A stretch of 64,000 bases of DNA from Candidatus Latescibacterota bacterium. Lineage in GTDB: Bacteria; Latescibacterota; UBA2968; UBA8231. The DNA is taken from NCBI GenBank assembly GCA_965223905.1, contig CBDCXV010000011.1, positions 1,472,001 through 1,536,000 on the forward strand, in the 5' to 3' direction. Below are positions 19,878 to 29,499 of this stretch, one piece after another. The notes under the pieces are model-generated. The model saw nothing but the letters and a program-made list of their open reading frames with translations, searched no databases and was not told where the DNA came from. The number at the start of each line of letters is the position of its first letter. Positions within the stretch are counted from its first letter, which is position 1. The position numbers and the translations under genes are program-made.

Positions 19878-19911
19878 TTACGCTATTGAGTATTTTTACT
19901 CAGTAGTGTAA
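19878..19911. promoter_or_regulatory. AT-rich imperfect palindrome, putative operator of the defence operon
   Basis: TTACGCTATTGAGTA-TTTT-TACTCAGTAGTGTAA; arms match at 13/15 positions, perfect core TGAGTA-N4-TACTCA; ends 10 bp before ATG 19922. Confidence 0.55.
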
Positions 19912-19921
19912 TTTCCCGGGC

Positions 19922-21199
19922 ATGGAGCCCTTCCAACGCCCCCAGGTCGACACGCTCGTCGAGCGCCTGGCCGAGCCCGCCCGCCACATCATCGCCCTCT
20001 TCGGGCCGCGCCAGACCGGCAAGACCACCATCGCCCGCCAGGCCCTGGGCCGGATCGACCTCGAAAGCCGCTACCTCGCGGTCGACGAGCCCGAGGTCCC
20101 CGGACTCCCCGCCCCGCACGATGAGGATGCGGCCACCTTCCGGTTGCACCCGGAGCGGGACTCGAAATGGCTGGTGCGCCAGTGGGACGCGGCCCGAGAG
20201 CAAGCGGGACGATCCCCGCGCGGGTCCGTGCTGGTCCTCGACGAGATCCAGAAGATCGAGGGGTGGTCGGAGACCGTGAAGGGGCTGTGGGACGCCGACC
20301 GCGCCCGGGACTGCCCCCTGCGCGTGGTCATCCTGGGCTCGGCTCCGCTGCTCATGCAGTCGGGGCTGAGCGAGAGCCTCGCCGGCCGCTTCGAGACCAT
20401 CCGCGTCACCCACTGGTCCTTCGCCGAGATGTCCGCGGCCTTCGGCTTCGACCTGCCGAAGTACCTCTACTTCGGAGGCTGGCCGGGGGCGGCGCCCCTC
20501 GTCCGGAACCCCGACCGGTGGCGCGGCTACATCCTCGGTGCCCTCGTGGAGCCGAACATCGAGCGCGACCTCCTGGCCATGACCCCGGTGAAAAAGCCGG
20601 CCCTGCTCAAGCGGCTTCTCGAGCTGGGCGCCGACTGCTCCGGGCAAATCCTTGCTTACAACAAGATGCTGGGCGAGCTCCAGGACGCCGGGAACACGAC
20701 CACCCTGGCGCGCTATCTCGACCTGCTCGCAAGCGCCGGCCTGCTCGCCGGCCTGCAGAAGCACACCGGCAGCCCCGCTTCGAGGCGGGCTTCCAGTCCC
20801 AAGCTCAACGTGCTGAACACCGCCCTGATGACGGCCGGCTCGGGGTACTCATTCGATGAAGCGCAGGCCGACCGCACCTTCTGGGGCCGCATCGTCGAGA
20901 GCGCCGTGGGCGCGCACCTGTTCAACACCGCCGAATCCGATATGCGCCTCCTCTACTGGCGGGAGGGGTCGAACGAGGTCGACTTCGTGCTGAAACGGGG
21001 GAACCGCGTGGTCGCCGTCGAGGTGAAGAGCGGCGAGGAGCGGAAGCCCACGCGAGGCCGGAGGCCGTTGCCGGGGATGGCTGCCTTCGAGGGGCGCTTC
21101 GGTCCCTGCGGCCGTCTGCTTGTCGGGGTGGACGGGGTTCCGCTCAACGAGTTCCTCACGGCACCCGCCGGTGAATGGTTCGAGGAAGCATGGGGGTGA
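19922..21199 (+). CDS. AAA_14 ATPase with DUF4143 / PD-(D/E)xK C-terminus
   Basis: GPRQTGKTT, LVLDEIQ, ILGS, ESLAGRF, GGWP, ESAV, YWR..EVDFVL..VEVKSG. Confidence 0.88.
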   Translation: MEPFQRPQVDTLVERLAEPARHIIALFGPRQTGKTTIARQALGRIDLESRYLAVDEPEVPGLPAPHDEDAATFRLHPERDSKWLVRQWDAAREQAGRSPRGSVLVLDEIQKIEGWSETVKGLWDADRARDCPLRVVILGSAPLLMQSGLSESLAGRFETIRVTHWSFAEMSAAFGFDLPKYLYFGGWPGAAPLVRNPDRWRGYILGALVEPNIERDLLAMTPVKKPALLKRLLELGADCSGQILAYNKMLGELQDAGNTTTLARYLDLLASAGLLAGLQKHTGSPASRRASSPKLNVLNTALMTAGSGYSFDEAQADRTFWGRIVESAVGAHLFNTAESDMRLLYWREGSNEVDFVLKRGNRVVAVEVKSGEERKPTRGRRPLPGMAAFEGRFGPCGRLLVGVDGVPLNEFLTAPAGEWFEEAWG

Positions 21200-24100
21200 T
21201 CGTCTCCCGCACCTGCACCGAGATCCCGGACGGGGACGGGGATCGGCATCACCGCGAGGAACGGCAGTCCCGCCCTTTGAAGGAGTACCGGGATACGCCG
21301 GCCTACGTGCTGGTAGGCGATCCCGGCGCCGGAAAGACGACTGCCTTCGAGATGGAGTGCGAGGCACTGGGGGAGGAGGCCCATTGCCTGATCACCGCCG
21401 ATAATTTCCTGAGCTACGACGTGAGTACTCTTCCATCCGAATGGCGGGAGAAGACGTTGTTCATCGATGGACTGGATGAAGTCAGGGCAGGCGCACAAGG
21501 AGCGAGCGAGTTCAGGGAGATCCGGAAGCTTCTGCGCGCGCTGGGCAAGCCGCGCTTCCGGCTGTCGTGCCGGGAGGCGGACTGGCTGGGGGAGAATGAC
21601 CGGCAGCACCTGGAATCCGTGTCGCCGGACTCCCAGGTGAAGGTGCTGCGCCTCGATCCCCTGACGGATGCGGACATCGCCTCGATCCTGGAGGGCCGGC
21701 GGGATCTCGCAGGTGGCCGTGAGTTCATCAAGGAGGCGCGAGAGCGGGGTGTCGAAGGGCTGTTGACGAACCCGCAGACCCTGAGAATGCTGGCCGATGT
21801 CGTCGGCGGGGGAGGCGGGTGGCCGGAGAACCGCATGGAGACCTTCGAGAAGGCTTGCCGGCAGATGGTCCGCGAACACAACGAGGAGCGTCAGTCGGCG
21901 GAAGAGTGGAGAAGACCACCTGCTCCCAACCAGCTTCTCGATGCTGCGGGACATCTCTGCGCAGTTCAACTGATCTCGGGCGGGGCTGGGTACACCTTGC
22001 GCGGCGAGCCGGACGAAGAGTACCCCGCTCTGGACCAGTGCGACTATAACCGCCAAGCGCTCCGGTTCGCACTCGCCACGAAGCTGTTCAAGAGCGCCTC
22101 CAGCAACCGCTTCACGCCCGTTCACCGCCACGTCGCCGAGTTCCTCGGAGCCCGGCACTTGGCCGGGGTCATCGAGGACGGGCTCCCGGCCCGCCGGGTC
22201 ATCGCCCTGATGGTGGGGGAGGACGGCGGCGTGGTCACGGAGATGAGGGGACTTTCCGCCTGGCTCGCGGCCCATTCCAGGGACGCCCGGACGGACCTCA
22301 TCGAACGCGACCCCATCGGCGTCGGGCTGTACGGAGACATCGGGGAGTTCACTGACTACGAGAAACGGACGCTGCTGGAATCCCTGAACCGAGAGGGAGA
22401 GCGGCTTGGTTCGGTCCGGTGGACGGCTGGGGCCTTCGGCGCCCTCGCTGCGCCGGATATGGAACCGGTGCTGAGGGAAGTTCTGGAAGACGAGGACCGC
22501 GGCGCGGACCACCAGACGTTCACCGACTTTGTCTTGTGTGCCTTGCAGGAAGGGGCGCCTCTGCCAGGGCTCAGTGCACTGCTGATCGAAATCGTCCGCG
22601 ACGAGACGAGGTGGCCTCGCGTCAATACTTCCGCCCTCAATGCCTTCATCCACAACTGCCCGGACAGCGAGGACAGAACAGGCGAGCTCAGGGGGCTGCT
22701 AGCTGAAATTCAAAGCGGCTGCCCCTCGGACCCGGACGACGAACTTCTCGGAATCCTGCTCGCAAAGCTCTATCCGCGGGATCTCCCGCCCTCGGAGGTG
22801 TGGGATTTCTACGGCAGGGGAAAACCGAATTTTTTCGGAAGCTACTACTACTTCTGGGAAATAGACCTGGTCCAGAACTCCTCGAATGAGCAGGTGGCCG
22901 AACTCCTCGACCATCTGACCAAGCGGCTTCCCGAACCGGTTTCCTCTCCAGAGGTTCTCCCAGTGTATCTCCTGGCTCGCGGCCTGAAAGCGCACGGAGA
23001 CCAACTGGATCCTGCGCGCCTGTACAACTGGCTCGACGTGGGCTGCCGGAAAAAGGCCATCGGTGGAAACGCAACTGGAGCATTTGCTTTCCCCAGACGC
23101 GACGAAAGTATTAACCAGATCCGCTCCTGGCTGGAAGAGCGACCCGAAATCCAGAAAGCCGTCATCCTGGAGGGGGTTACCCACTGTCCCAATGAATTCA
23201 ACCTCGCTGCATTTCGGCATCAGCACCTGCACCTGTCCAGCCTGCCGCCAGACTTCGGCCTCTGGTGCCTGGAGCAGGCGGTCTCCATGGCCGACGCCAA
23301 GCCGTTGGTTGCAGAGCACCTGTTGAAATGGGCATTAGGGGCGCATCGGGATCATGTAGGGGATGCGGGTCTGTCACTCGAAGTCCTGAAAGAACGGACA
23401 CAGGAGAAGGCGAGGTTGAAGGACCGGCTGGATCAACTACTGTCACCTTCGCCCATTCTCAAGGAGCACCTGCAATACGAGGAAGAAGGACGCCGGCAAC
23501 AGGAGGAGGAACAGCAGCAGTGGCTCGACCATGTCCGGTCCAACAAGACAGAACTACTCGAGAACCGGGCGGCGCCGGCGCTGCTCCACCATATTGCCAC
23601 GCTGAATCTCCAGGGGCCGCAGACCCTTGAAAAAAGCCTCGCTAGCGAGCGGGACATGATCGATGCGGCCCTCCACGGCCTCCGGAACTCGATCCACCGG
23701 GAGGATGTCCCGGCCTTGGAGGAAATCCTGCGCCTCAGGGAGCAGAACAGGTTGCACTATCTCGGCGAGCCGTTCCTGGCTGGAATCGAGGAAGCCGCCA
23801 AGACGACGGACGTATCCCGATGGGACGCCGGCCTTGTCAGCCGGGCGATAGCGTTCCACTGCAACTGGCCCCTCTTGAACCGGAGCTGCAGATGGTATGA
23901 GCGGCTCCTGTCCGAGCGTCCCGAGATGGTTGCTCAGGTGCTGGTGAAATCCGCGGTCTCCGGGTTCCGCAGTGGCCGCGAGCACATCGACATGATCTCC
24001 AAACTCGCGCATGACAAAGGCCATGCCCAGGTGGCTCGGCACGCGAGCCTGCCTCTGCTGCGCGCCTTTCCGACGCGCTGCAGGTCGCAGCAGATCGAGG

Positions 24101-25314
24101 CGCTCGACCACCTGCTCAAGGCTGCCATTCAACATGCGGATCGGAGGTCCCTTCAGGGATTGATCGACACGAAGCTGTCACGGAAGAGCATGGACGACGC
24201 CCAGCGCGTGTACTGGCTGGCGGCCGGGGTCATCGTTTCTCCAGAGGTGTACGCGCCTCTGTTGAAAGAATTTTCAGAGGGGCGAGAGGGGCGGATCCGG
24301 CGTCTGACGGCCTTTTTCTCTTACCCGGGTTCCGTGAGATCCGTTGCCGATAAACTGCAAAGTCCAGCGCTGCAACTCCTCATCGGTCTGGCGGGAAGCA
24401 CCGTGGGGCCGGATGAGCAGTGGAACGAAAAGGTGACCTACTTCACTCCTGCAATGGAGGCTTCCCGGTTTGCTGGTGACCTGATTCAGCGTCTCGCCGC
24501 CTGTCCGGCCAAGGAAGCCAGCGATGCGCTGGCCAGGCTTCTCGAGGACGAGTCCCTATCGCAGTGGCGCGACGTGCTGTCGCGGGCACAGGATGAGCAA
24601 CGGGTGATCCGCCGTGACGCCGGCTATCGCCACCCCGATATCGCCCAGATCTGCAAGACGTTGAACGGTGGAATCCCCGCCAACGCCGCGGATCTCTCAG
24701 CTCTCTTGATGGACTTGCTCCAGGGGCCACCTGAGTGCCCTCGGTGCCCACGCGGACGAGCCGAGGCGCATGCACAAGGCTCTGTTCGAGGTGTGCCGCT
24801 CGCCCTGCAGATCCGGAGCGGCAATACCGACGGCTGGCGTCAGTACTGGAATGTAGATTCGAACGGGAGCCCCACGGGACCGAGGCACGAGGACGTGTGC
24901 CGCGACGCCCTGCTCTCCGCCCTGCGACACCAACTCCCCCAAGGGGTCGACGCCCAGCCCGAGGGGCAGTACGCCAACGATAACCGCGCCGACATACGGG
25001 TTTCCTTCCGGTGCTTCCAGGTGCCGGTGGAAATCAAGAAGAACATGAACTGCAAGAGCAGGCACCGCGACTTATGGAGCGCGATGCGAAACCAGTTGAT
25101 CGCCAAGTACACCACCGACCCGGACACTGACGGATACGGCATCTACCTTGTATTCTGGTTCGGCAAGGAACACACCCCGCCGCCGCCCTCCGGCCGCCCC
25201 CCGGCCGGCCCCGAAGAACTGAGAGAGAGGCTGGCATCGGAAGCAAATCTGTCGCCCGTCGAAGCGCGGAAGATCTCGGTCTGCGTAGTCGACGTAAGTC
25301 GACCGGATGAATAA
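21190..25314 (+). CDS. STAND/NACHT-like NTPase with long helical region and C-terminal PD-(D/E)xK-like nuclease
   Basis: GDPGAGKT, LFIDGLDE, LSCR, NPQTLRML, FTPVHRHVAEFLGA; C-terminal HEDVCRD..PEGQY..RADI..VPVEIKK..QL..KY; start overlaps the upstream stop. Confidence 0.8.
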   Translation: MGVIVSRTCTEIPDGDGDRHHREERQSRPLKEYRDTPAYVLVGDPGAGKTTAFEMECEALGEEAHCLITADNFLSYDVSTLPSEWREKTLFIDGLDEVRAGAQGASEFREIRKLLRALGKPRFRLSCREADWLGENDRQHLESVSPDSQVKVLRLDPLTDADIASILEGRRDLAGGREFIKEARERGVEGLLTNPQTLRMLADVVGGGGGWPENRMETFEKACRQMVREHNEERQSAEEWRRPPAPNQLLDAAGHLCAVQLISGGAGYTLRGEPDEEYPALDQCDYNRQALRFALATKLFKSASSNRFTPVHRHVAEFLGARHLAGVIEDGLPARRVIALMVGEDGGVVTEMRGLSAWLAAHSRDARTDLIERDPIGVGLYGDIGEFTDYEKRTLLESLNREGERLGSVRWTAGAFGALAAPDMEPVLREVLEDEDRGADHQTFTDFVLCALQEGAPLPGLSALLIEIVRDETRWPRVNTSALNAFIHNCPDSEDRTGELRGLLAEIQSGCPSDPDDELLGILLAKLYPRDLPPSEVWDFYGRGKPNFFGSYYYFWEIDLVQNSSNEQVAELLDHLTKRLPEPVSSPEVLPVYLLARGLKAHGDQLDPARLYNWLDVGCRKKAIGGNATGAFAFPRRDESINQIRSWLEERPEIQKAVILEGVTHCPNEFNLAAFRHQHLHLSSLPPDFGLWCLEQAVSMADAKPLVAEHLLKWALGAHRDHVGDAGLSLEVLKERTQEKARLKDRLDQLLSPSPILKEHLQYEEEGRRQQEEEQQQWLDHVRSNKTELLENRAAPALLHHIATLNLQGPQTLEKSLASERDMIDAALHGLRNSIHREDVPALEEILRLREQNRLHYLGEPFLAGIEEAAKTTDVSRWDAGLVSRAIAFHCNWPLLNRSCRWYERLLSERPEMVAQVLVKSAVSGFRSGREHIDMISKLAHDKGHAQVARHASLPLLRAFPTRCRSQQIEALDHLLKAAIQHADRRSLQGLIDTKLSRKSMDDAQRVYWLAAGVIVSPEVYAPLLKEFSEGREGRIRRLTAFFSYPGSVRSVADKLQSPALQLLIGLAGSTVGPDEQWNEKVTYFTPAMEASRFAGDLIQRLAACPAKEASDALARLLEDESLSQWRDVLSRAQDEQRVIRRDAGYRHPDIAQICKTLNGGIPANAADLSALLMDLLQGPPECPRCPRGRAEAHAQGSVRGVPLALQIRSGNTDGWRQYWNVDSNGSPTGPRHEDVCRDALLSALRHQLPQGVDAQPEGQYANDNRADIRVSFRCFQVPVEIKKNMNCKSRHRDLWSAMRNQLIAKYTTDPDTDGYGIYLVFWFGKEHTPPPPSGRPPAGPEELRERLASEANLSPVEARKISVCVVDVSRPDE

Positions 25315-25320
25315 GCGAGT

Positions 25321-28300
25321 ATGACCGGCCAACTCTTCACCCATTACTTCCTCACCGACGGCATAAAGGCCACCCCCGAGTGGCAGGCCTCGGCTGACCC
25401 GGAGGCCTTCGCCGCCTTCCGGGAGGCAGTGCTCCAGCGGTACGAGACCCTCAGCCGTTCCGCGGACCCCAACGAAGCCGCCACCGAGCAGGACCTGATC
25501 CGGCCGATCCTCGAGCTGCTCGGGTGGACCGACTACCTGCCGCAGCAGGGCACGGCCGGCAAGGAGGACATTCCAGACAACCTCCTTTTCGCCGACGCCG
25601 GCTCCAAGGAGCGCGCCACCGCGGAGCGCAACCCAGGTGGCCGCGCCCGATACGCGATCGCCGTCGAGGAGAGCAAGCGCTTCGGCCTGTCCCTGGACGA
25701 GCGCGACAGGGAGGCCGGCTTCCACGCCAGGTCCCCCCACAGCCAGATCCTCCGCTACCTGGCCACAGCTGAAATCGAGTCCGAGAGCCGGGTCCGCTGG
25801 GGCATCCTCACCAACGGCCGGGTCTGGCGCCTGTACGACTACCGCGCCCGTCCCCGCGCCAGCGGCTACTTCGAGGCCGACCTCGCCGACCTGCTTAATC
25901 CCGACAAGGAAGCGGATCTGCGCGTCTTCCACCTGCTCTTCCGCCGCGGCTCCTTCACGCCGCAGGAGGGAGCCGCGGCCTCCTTCCTCGAAGCCGCGCT
26001 CGCCGAGGGCCGCCGTTACGAGCAACATGTCGCCCAGGATCTTTCGGGTGTGGTGTTCGAAAGCGTCTTCCCGCGGCTCGTCCAGGCGCTCGCGGATGCC
26101 TCCCCGGCCAGCCTCCCCGAGGTCCACAAGGCCGCCCTGATCTTTCTCTACCGTCTGCTTTTCGTACTCTACGCCGAGGATCGGGGCCTGCTGCCGGTCA
26201 ACGACTCCCGCTACGACGACTACGGCCTTCGCAAGCGCGTGCGGGATGACATAGCCCGCAGGATGGCTGAAGGGGACACCTATTCCGCGCTGGCCACCAA
26301 CTACTACGACCGCCTCCAAAATCTCTTTCGGATCATCGACCGGGGAGACCCGTCCATCGGCCTGCCCCCTTACAACGGGGGGCTGTTCGCGTCGCAAGCC
26401 GCGCCCCTGCTGGAAACGGTCCGCCTCCCCGACGCCGAAGTCGCCCCGGTTATTTACGACCTCAGCCACGCCAGGGACGCAGAAGGCGAGCGCCGCTTCG
26501 TCAACTACCGCGACATGTCGGTGCAGCAGCTCGGCTCGATCTACGAGCGCCTGCTCGAACGCGAGCCGGTACGCGAAAACGGGGGCATCGCCATCCGCCC
26601 CAACCCGTACGCCCGCAAGGACAGCGGCAGCTTCTTCACCCCTCAGGAGCTGGTCGACCTCATCGTCGAACGCACCCTCAAGCCGCTGGCGGAAGAGCGT
26701 CTCAAAGCTTTCAAAGAGAAGGCTGCCGCACTCAAGAGCGACCGCCGGCCCAAGGACCAACGGCTAACCGAGCTGCTCAGGCTCGACCCGGCCGAGGCAG
26801 TCCTGAACCTCAAGGTCCTGGACCCGGCCATGGGCAGCGGCCACTTCCTGGTCACGGCGGTGGACTTCCTGTCCGACTACGTCGCCGAGCTGATCGAGAA
26901 GGTCGCCGCAGTCCCGGAGTGGCTCGACGGCGGGTACGCTTCGCCGCTGGTCGGGCGCGTGGCCGCGATCCGCAACGAGATCATCCGGCGTGCGGAAGAA
27001 TCGAACTGGGTCCTCGACCAAGCCCAGCTCACCGACCAGGCCATCATCCGCCGCATGGTCCTCAAGCGCTGCATCTACGGCGTGGACAAGAATCCCCTGA
27101 CCGTCGAGCTGGCCAAGGTGTCGCTGTGGCTGCACAGCTTCACCGTGGGCGCCCCGCTCTCCTTCCTCGACCATCACCTGCGTTGCGGCGACTCGCTGGT
27201 CGGCATGCGGGTAGCAGAGGCGGTGCGGGACCTGAACCGGTTGGGCGGGCTGTTTGCCCAAAGCGCCATCCAGGGCGCGGAGACCGCAACCGAAGGAATG
27301 CGGCTCATCGAGGAGATGTCCGACTCCGACGTGGCCGAGGTGCAGGAGTCGGCGGAGCTGTTCAGCGGGGTGGAGCGGACCACCGCGGACCTGCGCGGCC
27401 TGCTCGACATCCTCTGCGGCTGGCGCTGGCTCACGGCCGGCATGAAGAAGAAGGAGCGCGCGGCCTTCGAGGGACCGCTGGATCTGACGCTCGGCCGGCA
27501 CCAGGCAGACGCGTACAAGCTGTTGGCCCGCGGGCCGGAGTTTTTTGGCGACGATTCGCCCCAGTCCGGGGAGTGGCCGCGGTTCGTCGAGTGCTGGAAC
27601 GAGGCCCGCGCCATCGCCGACCGGGAGGGCTTCCTGCACTGGGAGGTCGCCTTTCCGGGGGTGTGGCGCCAGTGGCAGGACAGCCGCCCGCAGGGAGGGT
27701 TCGACGCCGTCATCGGCAATCCGCCGTGGGACCGCATCAAGTTGCAGGAAGTGGAGTGGTTCGCGACCCGTGATCCGGAGCTCGCCCTGGCGCCAACCGC
27801 GGCGGCAAGGCGAAAGGGCATTCAGCGGCTGCGCGACCAGGGATCGCCCCTGGCGTCCGCGTTCGACAAGGCCAAGGAGCAGTCGGAGGGCTTAGCCCGC
27901 ATGGTCAGATCCTGCGGCGACTACCCCTTGCTTGGAGGCGGCGACGTCAACCTGTACTCGCTGTTCGTCGAGCGGGCCACCGCCCTGATCAGGCCGGACG
28001 GCTTCGTCGGTTTGCTGACTCCTTCGGGCATTTACGCCGACAAGACCGCGGCCCCCTTCTTCAAGTCCGTTTCCACCGGCGGGCGGGTGGGCGGCCTGTT
28101 CGACTTCGAGAACAAGAAAATCTTTTTCAAGGACGTTCATGCCTCTTTCAAGTTCTGCGCTCTCATCTTCGGCGGCGAGGACCGGCACTTCGACCGGACC
28201 GAATGCGCCTTCTTCCTGCACGACACGAGAACACTCGCCGACGAGAACCGCTGCTTTCCGCTGGCCCCGGACGACTTCGTTCGGGTGAACCCGAATACCG

Positions 28301-29352
28301 GAACGGCGCCCGTGTTCCGCAGACGCCGGGACGCCGAGATCACCCGCCGCATCTACGAGCGGCATCCGGTGCTGGTGGACCGCTCCGGGGGTGAGGAGGT
28401 CCGGGCGTGGCCGGTGAAGTACGTGCGCATGTTCGACATGACCAACGACTCCCATCATTTCAAGACCGCCGCCCAGCTTGACGCGGAGGGCTTCTACCCA
28501 GTGCAGGGCAACCGCTGGAAACGGGGGTTGGAACTGTATCTGCCCCTATATGAGGGGAAAATGGTACAACCCTTCGATCACCGCGCCGCCAGCGTGGTGA
28601 TAAACCCGGAGAACCTGAACCGGCCCGCGCAGCCACAGGCAGCTACCAGCGAAGAACTGGCCGACCCGGATTGGGTCCCCAATCCTCAGTTCTGGGTCCC
28701 CAAGAAACCAGGGGAATGGCCCGAAACCTTGGGGTGGACCGTGACCTTTAAAAATGTCACAGCCGTGACGAACGTTCGAACTATGATCACATGTATAGCA
28801 CCGCGCGCCGGTTACGGTAACAGTCTGCCAATCCTGTTTCCAATCGCTCCCGACAAGACAGAGGAATACAAGGAGGGGTCATATCTCCTGGCTGCGAACA
28901 TGAGCGCATACGCTTTCGATTTTGTAACGCGGCAAAAGGTTCAGGGACAGAATTTGAATTGGTTCATTATCGAGCAACTCCCCGTAATCGCCCCCGCCGA
29001 TTACGACCGCCAATTCGGCGCCACCACCGCCCGCGATCTCGTCAAGGACCACGTCCTTCGCCTCACCTACACCTCCCACGACATGGCCCCCTTCGCCCGC
29101 GACCTCGGGTACGACGGACCACCCTTCTCTTGGGACGAGGAGGAACGCCGCCACCTCCGCGCCCGCCTCGACGCCCTCTACTTCCACCTCTACGGCCTCA
29201 CCCGGGAAGATGCGGGGTACGTGCTCGACACCTTCCCGATTGTCCGCCGTGAAGACAAGGTCGCTTTTGGGCGGTACCGCACCCGCGACCTGATCCTGGC
29301 CTACATGAACGCCCTGGCCGCCGGCGACACGGATTCGGTGGTGGCGGTGTAG
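25321..29352 (+). CDS. Type IIG restriction-modification enzyme (Eco57I-like fused REase/MTase/TRD)
   Basis: NEAATEQDLI..PD..EESK nuclease, LTNG, YNGGLF, GSFFTP, VLDPAMGSGHFL, YGVDKN, IGNPPW. Confidence 0.9.
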   Translation: MTGQLFTHYFLTDGIKATPEWQASADPEAFAAFREAVLQRYETLSRSADPNEAATEQDLIRPILELLGWTDYLPQQGTAGKEDIPDNLLFADAGSKERATAERNPGGRARYAIAVEESKRFGLSLDERDREAGFHARSPHSQILRYLATAEIESESRVRWGILTNGRVWRLYDYRARPRASGYFEADLADLLNPDKEADLRVFHLLFRRGSFTPQEGAAASFLEAALAEGRRYEQHVAQDLSGVVFESVFPRLVQALADASPASLPEVHKAALIFLYRLLFVLYAEDRGLLPVNDSRYDDYGLRKRVRDDIARRMAEGDTYSALATNYYDRLQNLFRIIDRGDPSIGLPPYNGGLFASQAAPLLETVRLPDAEVAPVIYDLSHARDAEGERRFVNYRDMSVQQLGSIYERLLEREPVRENGGIAIRPNPYARKDSGSFFTPQELVDLIVERTLKPLAEERLKAFKEKAAALKSDRRPKDQRLTELLRLDPAEAVLNLKVLDPAMGSGHFLVTAVDFLSDYVAELIEKVAAVPEWLDGGYASPLVGRVAAIRNEIIRRAEESNWVLDQAQLTDQAIIRRMVLKRCIYGVDKNPLTVELAKVSLWLHSFTVGAPLSFLDHHLRCGDSLVGMRVAEAVRDLNRLGGLFAQSAIQGAETATEGMRLIEEMSDSDVAEVQESAELFSGVERTTADLRGLLDILCGWRWLTAGMKKKERAAFEGPLDLTLGRHQADAYKLLARGPEFFGDDSPQSGEWPRFVECWNEARAIADREGFLHWEVAFPGVWRQWQDSRPQGGFDAVIGNPPWDRIKLQEVEWFATRDPELALAPTAAARRKGIQRLRDQGSPLASAFDKAKEQSEGLARMVRSCGDYPLLGGGDVNLYSLFVERATALIRPDGFVGLLTPSGIYADKTAAPFFKSVSTGGRVGGLFDFENKKIFFKDVHASFKFCALIFGGEDRHFDRTECAFFLHDTRTLADENRCFPLAPDDFVRVNPNTGTAPVFRRRRDAEITRRIYERHPVLVDRSGGEEVRAWPVKYVRMFDMTNDSHHFKTAAQLDAEGFYPVQGNRWKRGLELYLPLYEGKMVQPFDHRAASVVINPENLNRPAQPQAATSEELADPDWVPNPQFWVPKKPGEWPETLGWTVTFKNVTAVTNVRTMITCIAPRAGYGNSLPILFPIAPDKTEEYKEGSYLLAANMSAYAFDFVTRQKVQGQNLNWFIIEQLPVIAPADYDRQFGATTARDLVKDHVLRLTYTSHDMAPFARDLGYDGPPFSWDEEERRHLRARLDALYFHLYGLTREDAGYVLDTFPIVRREDKVAFGRYRTRDLILAYMNALAAGDTDSVVAV

Positions 29353-29499
29353 ATGGGCACTGTTGTGAGGACCGCGGCCACTTGGGATCCAGACCGCCTT
29401 GGCCGAAACGGTTCGACCCGACCAAGCCGTTTGGCGGCAGTTCCGTCGTAGAATCTCGGGCTCGCAAGGAAACATCGGACTCCTAACGGAGTGCACAGG

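Noticed and set aside
25321-29352. BREX PglX or DISARM assignment
   Set aside because: No brxC, pglZ, brxL or drm genes nearby, and the protein has its own N-terminal nuclease motif.
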